Origin: an archaeon GW2011_AR10
Lineage (GTDB): Archaea > Iainarchaeota > Iainarchaeia > Iainarchaeales > GW2011-AR10
DNA length: 32,000 bases
Reading direction: 5' to 3'
Assembly (NCBI GenBank): GCA_000830275.1
Contig: CP010424.1
Span: forward strand, 690,001 to 722,000
The notes beneath the pieces were generated by a model, which saw only the letters and a list, made by a program, of their open reading frames with translations, was not told the DNA's origin and searched no databases. Below, one piece after another: positions 1-9,038 of the stretch (within the stretch, counting starts at the first letter, position 1; each line of letters begins with the position of its first letter). Both the position numbers and the translations under genes were made by a program.

Positions 1-1
1 G

Positions 2-991
2 GAAGGATACAAGCTGCCGGGAGCGGGAATCTATAACGTGCAGATTGACATAACTTATGATGATGAAACATGGCAGCTCTTCGATGACAAGGGAGCGAAT
101 GCAAAGATTAGGGTGAAGCTGAGCAAGGCCGATACTCCAAGGCCTGACTCGCCTTTTTACAGCCTGCCGTTTGACGGGACAATTGGAGGCGATGGAAGAG
201 TGGGCTATGGCCTTAACTATAATGGAGAGGTTGTCTTGGTTAACTCTGACATCGAGGGGGTTAGAACAGTTGAATTGCCTGGCTCAACTCCAGTGAGAGA
301 ATTGACTGTTGAGGTTTCAAACAGCTTCAAGAGGCTTAACACTGACAACAGGGGCGTTGTGCTACAGGTGCTTGGAGGCTCTGAACCAAAGCTCGTGTAT
401 TCGCCGAGCAAGGCCACTCCAGTTATGCTGAGGCTGGTGAACAACCAGGACGAGGCATGGGCGTTTTACAGCGTTGAGGTTTCAGGCGGAGCACAAGAAG
501 TTGGGCCAAGCATGAACAGATGGGTTGGCGTTGGCTTCAACTGCAAGGGCTTTGATGACAGGTATATGACTGAGTACTTCTTTGAGGCTGACCAGCATGG
601 TCTTCAGACAAGCTGTGCAAGGCTTGAGCCAAACAGGATTAAGACAAGCTATGGCTTTGAGTTCTGTGATGCCGTGAAGTTCGGCGACATGTACTTGAAG
701 TCAGTGTTCTTTACTCCACAAGAGCAGCAGAGCCTCATGACTTTGACTGGAAGAAACGATGACTCAGAGCTGATAACTTCAAGCACTGCCGGAACAATTG
801 TTTCCTTGGATGGAATAGGAATTGCTGGAACAATTAATTCAGTTGAGGACATATTTGACTTGGTTAAGGAAGAGCTTGTGTGCGTTTCAACAAGCGAGGG
901 AAAAACAGAGTTCTGGTGGAACACAAAGAAAGTGCTTGAAACAATTCAGAGCCAGGAAGACAGGGCAATCAACCAGTGCATTCTTGAGTAA
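2..991 (+). CDS. C-terminal ~330 aa of a large secreted/surface protein (5' end lies upstream of the window); paralog of the C-terminus of the next gene
   Basis: Frame +2 is open from nt 2 (EGYKLPGAGIYNVQIDITYDDETW...), so the GTG at 38 in the ORF track is internal. By-eye alignment to the end of the 1019..7768 product: DSPFYSLPFDG vs NSPFYYTPFDG; SKATPVMLRL vs ARATPLLLKI; SVEDIFDLVKEELVCVSTSEGKTEFWWNTK vs SIQDVFELVKQEEICITSSGTQASFWWNPK. Confidence 0.75.
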   Translation, partial: EGYKLPGAGIYNVQIDITYDDETWQLFDDKGANAKIRVKLSKADTPRPDSPFYSLPFDGTIGGDGRVGYGLNYNGEVVLVNSDIEGVRTVELPGSTPVRELTVEVSNSFKRLNTDNRGVVLQVLGGSEPKLVYSPSKATPVMLRLVNNQDEAWAFYSVEVSGGAQEVGPSMNRWVGVGFNCKGFDDRYMTEYFFEADQHGLQTSCARLEPNRIKTSYGFEFCDAVKFGDMYLKSVFFTPQEQQSLMTLTGRNDDSELITSSTAGTIVSLDGIGIAGTINSVEDIFDLVKEELVCVSTSEGKTEFWWNTKKVLETIQSQEDRAINQCILE

Positions 992-1018
992 TGAAAATGA
1001 TGGGGCAAGGAAAGAGAA

Positions 1019-4000
1019 ATGGGATTAAAGGAAATTTATTATTCGCTGGAGGACAAATATTATGCTTTTCTTGACCGTCTCAACGAGTCTATTCCTGTTT
1101 ACAAAGTAATTGATCCCATTGACAGGATTGTACCGAGCTTTGCCTTGTTTTCAGCGATTTTTCTCCTAATACTCATTGCAGTCTTATACATAATCTTTTC
1201 TTCTTTTTTGCCAGTGGCAAAAGGAAGCCTTTCGGTTGTTGTAAAAAGCCAGGATGGAGAGCCGCTGCAGAATGCAACAGTACTTGTTTCAGGCCAAGCC
1301 CTTGAGTTCCCTGTTGAGGAGAAAACCAACAAGAGTGGAAGGGCACTGGTAGAGGAATTAGAGCAGGGAAAAGAGTACTCGGTTGAAGTGGAAAAACGAA
1401 ATTACCGGAAGGCAACTGAAACTGTTGTATTGGATGAAGCAGAAAAACTCCTTATGGTTGAATTGGAGCGTGAAACACCTCCACCAAGCCCAATAACCAT
1501 TGAATTTACCGATTCCAGCGGCAAAAAAATGGATGGCCGAACAATTCAGGTGCATTTTTCCTGCACCAACAGCCAGGTTGCTTTGCTTCAGGCTGATTTC
1601 TCTGTTACCAGCGGAGAAATAACCATTACCCCGCCTGAAGATTGCGGGCTGCTGAGCGTGAGGGCAACTGCTTCTGGTTTCAAGCCCCTGGAGGCAATAA
1701 TTGACAGGGGCGGGAAAGTGCTGCGGTTTGAAGCAGAGGAAACCGCTAAGGGAAGCATTCTGTTTGTTGTAAGGGACTCTGAAACCGACAGGCTGTTGAA
1801 TGGCATAAAGGTTTCGGTTTTTGATTTGCAGGATTTCCCGGTTGGAGTTCCGCGTTTTACTGACAGAGGCGAAGCAGTTTTTTCAATTGAACCAGGCTCA
1901 TACAAAGCAATAATCGAAGATGAAAGCTCGGATTACGGCAGCGAGGAAGTAAGCTTTTCAGTGCAGGAAAGGGAATCATCCACAAGGGAAGTGGAGCTCT
2001 CAAAGCAGGTTAAAGCATTTTTGAATGTTTCAGTAATTGAGGGAAGCTCCGGAGAGGAACTCAACGGGGCAAGCATTTTTGTGAGGAAAGAAAACGGTGC
2101 GAGGGTTGCAAGCAAAGAACTTGAAGAGGATGAGTCAACTGCAATATTTGCCTTGACCGACTCAGGGGTTTACATTGTTTCTGCTTCAAAGGAAGGCTTC
2201 CTTGTTTCTTCCCCGGTTAGGGTTGATACCACTGGCCTTGACTTGGAGGAAGAAGTGGATGTTGTAATCGAGTTAGAGCAGTGCACTCCCACGACATGCG
2301 GAATTATCCGGGTTAAGGTTGAGGACGAGGAAGGATTGACAGTAGAAAACGCGGTTGTTTACCTCCTTGACCCTGCAACTGGTTTCCTGCTGAGCGAGTA
2401 CGGCAGCAAAGTAACAGATGCAAATGGATTAACCTCTGCATTTACTAATGTTAAGGAAGGCTCATACAAGGCAACCGCGCAAAAGTACCCTGCTTCTGGA
2501 ACCTCCAACGCGCTTGAAGTTGACATGACTGCTGAAAACATTATAACTGTTGTAATGGTTATTGGTGATGGAACAATTGAGGTTATTGCAACTGACTTGG
2601 ATGGAAGAGAAGTTCCATTTGCTCTTGCAGAGCTGAGAACCCATTCAGGGGAAGTGCTTGGAACAATTTCGCTTGATGAAGAAGGGAAAGGCTCTTTGAG
2701 CACTAAAGCAGACAAAAGGGTTTACGCAATTGTAACGGCTGATGGTTTCTCCAGGTTTGTGTCAAACTCAAGGCAGGTTTTCAGGAACGAGAAGGTAACA
2801 ATCAACGCTGTTCTTGAGCGAGAAATTTCAGGGGACAAGGCAACAGTAAGATGGTTTGGTTTGTTTGATGAGAGCGGCAACCGCATTGAAGATGCGCTGG
2901 GCGCGGGAGAAACATACATTGCAAGGTTCCAGCTTTTAGTGCCGGAAAACAACGACTTCTTTGAAAGCGGGCTGCATGTAAGGGTTGGAGAGAAGCGGCT
3001 GCTGGAAAACGACATGATACTAATTGCGGGAATCAATGCTCCGGAAACAACAATAGTGAAAGGCACTTCTTTTACTCCTGAAACAGGTACAAATGAAGAT
3101 TATGACAACCTAACTAATGCTGACGCGAAGTGGGCAAACATTGTTTGGATTGGAGAAACCGGGGAAGTTGAAGGCGGAATTTACAATGTCGAAGTTGAAT
3201 TGAAAGTAAAGCGCGAAACAACTCCTGGCTTTGAATTGCCGGTGTTCTACCGCGCGTGGGCTTTAAGCGACTTTGACGGTTACGTGAGGGATCCGGTTGA
3301 TGCAAGGCTTGGAAATTCAGAGAGCACTTCTGCAAGGCACGCGCTTTACGCTGAAGCTTACAAGCAGCCGTTCTTCGAGGGCGCAACCCAGCTGTGCGAT
3401 GAAAACTTCTGTTACAGTGAGAGGGTTGTTGACTTAAGTGAGGGGCTAATACTAAAAGACACTCCTTATGAAGCGAGAGTGTTCTCTGACTACATTGTTT
3501 TGTTTTCCATAACAAACAACAGTTCAACAAGGCATGACAATGCAACGCTGCATGTGCTGAACGAGGACACTGAAGGAAATGATGCAGATGTGCTTGGAAT
3601 CGAAGACTACAACATAGTGAATGCTGACTCTGAACTTTTTTCTTCTTCTACAAGGGCTTTTGAAATTGGGCCAATTGGGTTGGGCAACTTTTCTCCTTTC
3701 AGGTCAGTAAACTCTGACTTGCTTGTCAGGCCCAGAAAAATGGAGGACAGCAATTTGAGGCTGAGAATTGTTTCAGCCGGAAACGAAGTGCTTGAGAAAA
3801 GAATAAACTTCACTGTTGTATCTGAATCAGACCTAAATGTGATTGTTGAGCCTGACACTCTGCCTGCTTTTTTGCCGATTGACCTGCTGGTCAAGGTTAG
3901 GTTTAAGGAAGGAAACAATGCGGGTTTGCCCGCTGCAAGAGCCAACGTGATTGTTTCAAGGATTGCTCCTGACAGGAGCGAGAGCTCTTCCTCAAAGAAA

Positions 4001-7000
4001 ACTGACGCTGCAGGAAACGCTTTGTTCCAGATATGCCAAGGAAACGGCTGCTCTCCCAGCACAAAGGTTAGAATTGAAGTGCAGCTTGCAGGCTATGGAA
4101 GCGAAGTGATTGAAAAAGAAATCACAGCAAGAGTTCTGAGTGTTAGCCCGGAAGAAATCGTTTCAAACCTTGACTTGACTGAGGTAACAGAGGAACGCAT
4201 TAACCTGAACCTGAAGAATCTTGTCCCGAAAACAGTTAAGGTTTCAAATGTGAGAATCAGCGGCGCCTTTAATGGTCTGCTTGAACTGCAGCAGATGAAC
4301 AATTTCGTGCAGGGCAGCCTCCCACTTGAAATCGAGAGAGAGCAGACAAAAGCATTGACTGTTCTGACTTCCTTGAGTGAGCAGGCACAACTAATTGACG
4401 CGCCTGTTGAAGTGCGGGGAAGCCTCCTGCTGGATGTGGAAGAGGAAACTCTAGGGGTTACGTGGAGCTTTGATGTGCCGCTAACAGTTGCAATCAACCT
4501 TGCGCAGCCACCAAGTAACGGTGACTGCCTGATAATTGAAGGAACCGAAGTGCCAAACTGGAGGGAATCAACAGAGGAAAAGGTTGCAATAAATTCGTTC
4601 AGCATCACCAATTCCTGCATCACTGAATCCAACAGGCCAATGGACCTAAAGGACTTGCAGGCAACAATCGACTGGACTGGAGAAGACGGGGTTGTGGGGC
4701 AAGTTGAATTGACTGTTGTCAACCCTGAAACAGGCGAGAGCAGGAGCGAGATACTCCAGGAAAGCATTTGGAGCGAACTTTTGCCGAGCATTCCAGCGGA
4801 ACAACAGTTTTTGGCCACGCTAAAGTTTTTGCCAAAGCCAAGCCAGAGGGGAAAGAAAGCAGAGTTCAGGGTTGAAATCAGGGGAGGGCTTTTAACCAAT
4901 CGCGGAGAGCAGGCAGTCAATGCGAATGAAACAATTGACGCTGAACTTCACATAATCAACTTGTCTGAGTGCATTAACTTTGAGCCAAACGCGCAGGAAG
5001 GCCTAGACCTTGGCACCAATGAAAGCGGAGAATTCACAATTGACACAGCTGAATGCGGTGAAATAGACCTTGATTTGCGTTTCTGCAACAATGATTCTGA
5101 ATGCAGTGGCGGAACAGGAAGAGGCATAACAATTGCGCCTTCAGCTGGAAATAAAGTTACAGTCAACGCGGGAGAAACATTTACTCTTGCAGTTGAACGG
5201 GGCGCTGCTCTACCAGGAATCTATGGCATTCCTGTTGAGGCAAGGCCTCCTGGAGGAAGCTGGAGACAAGTTGCAGTGCTTGACGTGTTAATTGACCCAA
5301 TGGAAGGGGAAGCATTTACTTTGAACAGGTATGACTTTATTTTGATTGGAGAAAACGCGAAGGATTCCGTAACCTTGAGCAACAAGTGGCTTGAAGAAGG
5401 GGTTTCAGTCAATGCAGGGGTTTGCGATTGGGAGGAAGCAACTGACAGCTTAGAGTTTTCAGGCATTGGAGCAATTGTTGGAGGAGCAGCAGGAATAGGA
5501 ATTGGCTATCTTGCCTTGGCAGCTTTTTGCCTGCCGTGTGCACTTGTTGGAGCGGTCATTGGAGCACTGCTGCCAGGATTGTTTGGGGAAGAAGACAAGT
5601 GTGATCCAAACCTTACCCAGAACCTGGTGGATTGGGTAATTAACCTTGCTGGAACTGAAGCTGCAGACGAAACAAGAAGTGTTCCGCCTGACGCGCGCGA
5701 CATTACCGTAAGTGATGACAGGATTTCTGCTGAATGGAAGCTTGACATAACTGATGTTAGAAGCGGTGGAAGCTCTGTTCCACCGCCATCAGGAGAGTTT
5801 GTGCAGGGCTTTACGGACAAGAAACAGGATGTCGGAGTCATTTTTACAAACTCTGGACTAGATGAATCCACTGCAATTTACTCAATTGCAACATTCAATG
5901 CACTCGAGCATATTCACGGAGATTCAACGCATGCAGCACCAGCAGTCAACTGCAGAGCTGGAAACTTTGGCTTTTACTGGATTGGCGGAAGTGACCAAGG
6001 AAACTGCAGCCCTGTTTCAGAGCGCAACTACTCGCAGTCATTCCACCTGCGCTTCAAGTCAAGGCTGCAGGAAGAAACTCTGCCGCCAGTGCAGGGAGAA
6101 ATGGTTGCTTGCAGCACCGGCACCAAGTTTGGAAGGACAGGACAGGATGCGCTCCCGAGAGTAAAGCTAAACTGGAGCTGGGTGGAGCCAGCAGGAATTG
6201 GAGTTGACAGCTGTGACTTCGATAACCCGGATTACATTTATTGTGATGCAACGCAATTCACGATTGAGTTGAACAAGAAAATACACAGGCTTTACAGGTT
6301 CTTGGAAGAACAAAGTTTTATCCTTGAATGCCCGAGCACGCCTCAAGGCCTGGAAGTAACCCCTGAAATGACCGCCAGGGGTTGCTGGCTTGAGAGAACC
6401 ACAGAGGTAAGAGGGGGCGTGCCGCAAATAATCAAGTTCCTTGATGCAAACCCGGACATAAGTGAAGCAGAGAAAGACGAAATAAGGAAGCTGCTGAAAT
6501 TCAAGGCTTATTTGGTGAAGGATGCATACACCACTGACTTCAAGCAGGACTTTGCAAAGTATTATAGTGAGACAGAGTTTGCAGATGCTGACTCTTATTT
6601 CACCAGCATTGGCTCTAATTCAATCGGAGAAACCTATGGATTCAGCAAGCTTTTCACTGAGTCAGGAGCATTCAATTACACAACCAAGTACACTGAGCAG
6701 AACTTCATCCAGACTCCTGGTTTGTACGAGGTGGAGCTTGCGCTCTTCTTTGGAAACGACTGGAGGTTCTTTGACGAGGAAGGCAATCCAACAGTTAAAA
6801 TTACAGCAGTGCTTTTGAACATTGATGACCCTTTCCCGAACTCTCCATTCTATTACACTCCATTTGATGGAAGGGTTGGCATTGAGGGAGATGACTACCA
6901 CAGGCAAGGCTACGGCGTCAGCTATGATTTGGCTGGTTCAGAGGGGCTTGTCAACATTAACAATGGTCCGCCGGCAGTGCAGGCCTTAACTGACATTGGT

Positions 7001-7768
7001 TCAAACCCGGTTGTGGAACTTGATGCAAGGATTGAGAGTGGCTTTTTCGAGTTAAACGCTTCCCCTGAAACGAGGGGTTCGCTGCTGATACTTGAGAACG
7101 ATGGAACTCAAGGAGGAATAGTGCTGCAGCCGGCAAGGGCAACACCGCTTTTGTTGAAAATAAGCTCTGATGCAACTGATGAAGCGTTTGGAGCATACTA
7201 TAAGCTGTTCATTAATGACACTCAGACATGGGTTGGGAACAGCCTCAATTACTGGAGCGGGGCAGGAGCATGTCTTGACTTTTCCGGAGTGCCAGTTAAC
7301 GAGGCATTCGATGAAAGGCCGGACAGGCTTGCAACCGAGGCTGACGCAGTGCTTAACTGGCAGAACACCTACACTGTTCAATGGAATGAGGTGCTTGACT
7401 CCGGGGATGTTTACCTGCAAACAATTTTCTACACAGACCCCTTGTCTAATTCAGTAATCACTGTGGAGGAACCGAAAGGCAGCATGGAGTTCATTACACC
7501 TGACGAGCAGGGAGCGTCTGTTTCACTTAACGGCATCAGCTCAATGCCCTATAACAATTATGCAGGCGGCAGTGTTGGAAACGTTGGCTCAATCCAAGAC
7601 GTGTTTGAATTGGTGAAACAAGAAGAGATTTGCATTACAAGCTCAGGCACTCAGGCCTCATTCTGGTGGAACCCTAAAACTATTTACGAGCAGCCTGGCA
7701 CTAGCAGGAGCATTCACCAAACAGCACAGGAACTGGAGGCAGGGGCTTCCTGCATTGGCTATAGTTAA
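1019..7768 (+). CDS. Giant (2249 aa) membrane-anchored surface protein with beta-sandwich repeats, an internal hydrophobic hairpin, a Cys-rich region and a conserved C-terminal module
   Basis: Uninterrupted 2249-codon ORF with a purine-rich stretch (GGAAAGAG) before the ATG. N-terminal TM helix at aa ~38-63 (VPSFALFSAIFLLILIAVLYIIFSSFL). Six ~80-90 aa repeats at aa ~69-600 (nt ~1223-2823) resemble carboxypeptidase-regulatory-like/Ig-like folds, e.g. GSLSVVVKSQDGEPLQNATVLVSG...KTNKSGRALVEEL..GKEYSVEVEKRNYRK and GIIRVKVEDEEGLTVENAVVYLLD...TDANGLTSAFTNVKEGSYKATAQK. Gly-rich hydrophobic segment at nt ~5461-5590. The C-terminal ~350 aa are shared with the upstream gene. All antisense ORFs in the track are shadows. 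Confidence 0.9.
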   Translation: MGLKEIYYSLEDKYYAFLDRLNESIPVYKVIDPIDRIVPSFALFSAIFLLILIAVLYIIFSSFLPVAKGSLSVVVKSQDGEPLQNATVLVSGQALEFPVEEKTNKSGRALVEELEQGKEYSVEVEKRNYRKATETVVLDEAEKLLMVELERETPPPSPITIEFTDSSGKKMDGRTIQVHFSCTNSQVALLQADFSVTSGEITITPPEDCGLLSVRATASGFKPLEAIIDRGGKVLRFEAEETAKGSILFVVRDSETDRLLNGIKVSVFDLQDFPVGVPRFTDRGEAVFSIEPGSYKAIIEDESSDYGSEEVSFSVQERESSTREVELSKQVKAFLNVSVIEGSSGEELNGASIFVRKENGARVASKELEEDESTAIFALTDSGVYIVSASKEGFLVSSPVRVDTTGLDLEEEVDVVIELEQCTPTTCGIIRVKVEDEEGLTVENAVVYLLDPATGFLLSEYGSKVTDANGLTSAFTNVKEGSYKATAQKYPASGTSNALEVDMTAENIITVVMVIGDGTIEVIATDLDGREVPFALAELRTHSGEVLGTISLDEEGKGSLSTKADKRVYAIVTADGFSRFVSNSRQVFRNEKVTINAVLEREISGDKATVRWFGLFDESGNRIEDALGAGETYIARFQLLVPENNDFFESGLHVRVGEKRLLENDMILIAGINAPETTIVKGTSFTPETGTNEDYDNLTNADAKWANIVWIGETGEVEGGIYNVEVELKVKRETTPGFELPVFYRAWALSDFDGYVRDPVDARLGNSESTSARHALYAEAYKQPFFEGATQLCDENFCYSERVVDLSEGLILKDTPYEARVFSDYIVLFSITNNSSTRHDNATLHVLNEDTEGNDADVLGIEDYNIVNADSELFSSSTRAFEIGPIGLGNFSPFRSVNSDLLVRPRKMEDSNLRLRIVSAGNEVLEKRINFTVVSESDLNVIVEPDTLPAFLPIDLLVKVRFKEGNNAGLPAARANVIVSRIAPDRSESSSSKKTDAAGNALFQICQGNGCSPSTKVRIEVQLAGYGSEVIEKEITARVLSVSPEEIVSNLDLTEVTEERINLNLKNLVPKTVKVSNVRISGAFNGLLELQQMNNFVQGSLPLEIEREQTKALTVLTSLSEQAQLIDAPVEVRGSLLLDVEEETLGVTWSFDVPLTVAINLAQPPSNGDCLIIEGTEVPNWRESTEEKVAINSFSITNSCITESNRPMDLKDLQATIDWTGEDGVVGQVELTVVNPETGESRSEILQESIWSELLPSIPAEQQFLATLKFLPKPSQRGKKAEFRVEIRGGLLTNRGEQAVNANETIDAELHIINLSECINFEPNAQEGLDLGTNESGEFTIDTAECGEIDLDLRFCNNDSECSGGTGRGITIAPSAGNKVTVNAGETFTLAVERGAALPGIYGIPVEARPPGGSWRQVAVLDVLIDPMEGEAFTLNRYDFILIGENAKDSVTLSNKWLEEGVSVNAGVCDWEEATDSLEFSGIGAIVGGAAGIGIGYLALAAFCLPCALVGAVIGALLPGLFGEEDKCDPNLTQNLVDWVINLAGTEAADETRSVPPDARDITVSDDRISAEWKLDITDVRSGGSSVPPPSGEFVQGFTDKKQDVGVIFTNSGLDESTAIYSIATFNALEHIHGDSTHAAPAVNCRAGNFGFYWIGGSDQGNCSPVSERNYSQSFHLRFKSRLQEETLPPVQGEMVACSTGTKFGRTGQDALPRVKLNWSWVEPAGIGVDSCDFDNPDYIYCDATQFTIELNKKIHRLYRFLEEQSFILECPSTPQGLEVTPEMTARGCWLERTTEVRGGVPQIIKFLDANPDISEAEKDEIRKLLKFKAYLVKDAYTTDFKQDFAKYYSETEFADADSYFTSIGSNSIGETYGFSKLFTESGAFNYTTKYTEQNFIQTPGLYEVELALFFGNDWRFFDEEGNPTVKITAVLLNIDDPFPNSPFYYTPFDGRVGIEGDDYHRQGYGVSYDLAGSEGLVNINNGPPAVQALTDIGSNPVVELDARIESGFFELNASPETRGSLLILENDGTQGGIVLQPARATPLLLKISSDATDEAFGAYYKLFINDTQTWVGNSLNYWSGAGACLDFSGVPVNEAFDERPDRLATEADAVLNWQNTYTVQWNEVLDSGDVYLQTIFYTDPLSNSVITVEEPKGSMEFITPDEQGASVSLNGISSMPYNNYAGGSVGNVGSIQDVFELVKQEEICITSSGTQASFWWNPKTIYEQPGTSRSIHQTAQELEAGASCIGYS

Positions 7769-7783
7769 CTTTTTATAGAAATT
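7769..7783 (+). promoter_or_regulatory. TATA-like box upstream of the small-membrane-protein gene row
   Basis: CTTTTTATAGAAATT is centred ~24 nt before ATG 7800, consistent with a leaderless or short-leader archaeal transcript. Confidence 0.3.
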
Positions 7784-7799
7784 AAAACATTAAGCATTT

Positions 7800-8177
7800 A
7801 TGCTTTTTACTATCCTGTTAAGCCTCACGGAAATCTGGAATGATTTCAACCTAATAATCAAAATCTTCGTAGTTATGACCATTTACAGTTGGGTGAGGAA
7901 CCACGTTGAGGGATGGATTGGCTGGGTTGTTTTCGGCATAATAACATTCTTTGTAGTGTTTGACCTGTGGGCCATATTTGGCTCCGTTTATGTGGTTTAC
8001 ATGCTGCTGATGTTCGGCATAAGCCAAGTACTTATTGACTTTTTCTTCATTAGTGCAGGAAGAGGTGGCCACGAAGAAATGGAAAGCCCGGTCAGCAGTG
8101 GAGCTGACTTGGCTGCAAGGCAGCAGCACATTGCTGCAAGGCAAGCTGGAATGATGAAAAGCTTTTTCAAGAGATGA
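7800..8177 (+). CDS. Small polytopic membrane protein (125 aa, ~3 TM), hypothetical
   Basis: ORF starts 31 nt after the giant gene, with a TATA-like box ~24 nt upstream of the ATG. Hydrophobic segments IIKIFVVMTIYSW, WIGWVVFGIITFFVVF and IFGSVYVVYMLLMFGISQVLIDFFFI. Polar tail ends in KSFFKR. Confidence 0.7.
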   Translation: MLFTILLSLTEIWNDFNLIIKIFVVMTIYSWVRNHVEGWIGWVVFGIITFFVVFDLWAIFGSVYVVYMLLMFGISQVLIDFFFISAGRGGHEEMESPVSSGADLAARQQHIAARQAGMMKSFFKR

Positions 8178-8182
8178 GTTAA

Positions 8183-8497
8183 GTGAATGAACGAGGGAAC
8201 CTTCTTCTGATTGTGCTGGCAGCAATGATTTTGCTTGCAATTCTGCCGGTGCTATTAGCACACCTCTTCTGGCCTGTTAAGCTTGTCGCGCAAATTATTT
8301 TCGTGTTTGTCATCTATTCTACTGTGCGAGGGTTCATGGGACCAGGGCACTTAACCATCGTGATTTCAGCAGTACTAATATACTTCATGGTATTCAAATA
8401 CTTTGACATAATGCTTAGCCTTTACATTTTCCAGCTTATGCTTGGAGTGCAGTTCCTCTCGGTAATAATCTGGGGAATTGGCACAAGGATGAGGTGA
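8183..8497 (+). CDS. Small polytopic membrane protein (104 aa), hypothetical; paralog-like to neighbours
   Basis: GTG start 5 nt after the previous stop; the nearby ATG at 8187 is out of frame and terminates quickly. Three to four hydrophobic helices. The motif VIYSTVRGFMGPG resembles TIYSWVRNHVEG in the upstream product. Confidence 0.65.
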   Translation: MNERGNLLLIVLAAMILLAILPVLLAHLFWPVKLVAQIIFVFVIYSTVRGFMGPGHLTIVISAVLIYFMVFKYFDIMLSLYIFQLMLGVQFLSVIIWGIGTRMR

Positions 8498-8576
8498 CAT
8501 TAAACGTGTTGCGGTATTGGAAGTGCGAGGGAAAGGAATTTAAAGCCGGAAACTTAAAATTGTTTAGGATGGGAAT

Positions 8577-8849
8577 ATGATTGGGTTGATTCTGCAGACC
8601 GGCCTGACAGAGAATGTCTGGATTGCGTTAACCTTGTTTGTTTTTGTCTGGCTTTTCAGCTGGGCCAAAACAAATCTTGGTTCGGCAAAGCTTGCGATTC
8701 TTTTCGCGGTAATTGTAGTATACCTTACCTTTTACTCTTACTCTATTCTGATATGGATTGCAGTTGCATTGTTCCTGTTCGCCACTTTTGGCAAGGAGCT
8801 ATTTTCAAGGGTTAACCCATTTGAAGGAAGCAGTGGTGGTTTAAGGTGA
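8577..8849 (+). CDS. Small membrane protein (90 aa), hypothetical
   Basis: ATG preceded by AGGATGGGAAT. Helices WIALTLFVFVWLFSW, LAILFAVIVVYLTFY and ILIWIAVALFLFATF. The motif LFSWAKTNLGS resembles the YSW/YST-(V/A)-(R/K) motif of the two upstream products. Confidence 0.65.
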   Translation: MIGLILQTGLTENVWIALTLFVFVWLFSWAKTNLGSAKLAILFAVIVVYLTFYSYSILIWIAVALFLFATFGKELFSRVNPFEGSSGGLR

Positions 8850-8948
8850 ACTGGAATAAACAGGGTTTTCTCAAAGCCGGAAATCAGAGCAGCACCATGC
8901 AACTGAAAGGGGCATGGCAAATGCAAGCAAACCAGAGCAGTGCCATAC

Positions 8949-8994
8949 GAAACGAAGCAGTGCCATCGAAGATGGCACAGGTCGTAAACGAACC
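8949..8994 (+). repeat. Diverged copy of the hairpin element (stem GTGCCATC / GATGGCAC, loop GAA)
   Basis: GAAACGAAGCAGTGCCATCGAAGATGGCACAGGTCGTAAACGAACC parallels the 9039 and 15089 units (GAAACGAGCCAGTGGCATCGCAGATGCCACACCTCGTAAAC). Compensatory changes keep an 8-bp stem with a 3-nt loop (8960..8978). Confidence 0.5.
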
Positions 8995-9038
8995 TTTTCG
9001 TTTTGGCACGCCTTGCAAACGGAGGTAACAGTTTTTTG

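Noticed and set aside
4093-4920. 275-aa minus-strand ORF, and many similar ones, inside the giant gene
   Set aside because: These are antisense shadows of a long uninterrupted plus-strand ORF. Their composition is Ser/Leu/Thr-rich and low-complexity, as is typical of antisense frames.
2-7768. Diversity-generating retroelement (template/variable repeat) acting on the giant proteins' shared C-termini
   Set aside because: The similarity between the two modules is at the protein level, with nucleotide differences at all base types rather than adenine-specific. No reverse transcriptase gene or short near-identical TR/VR pair is present in the window.
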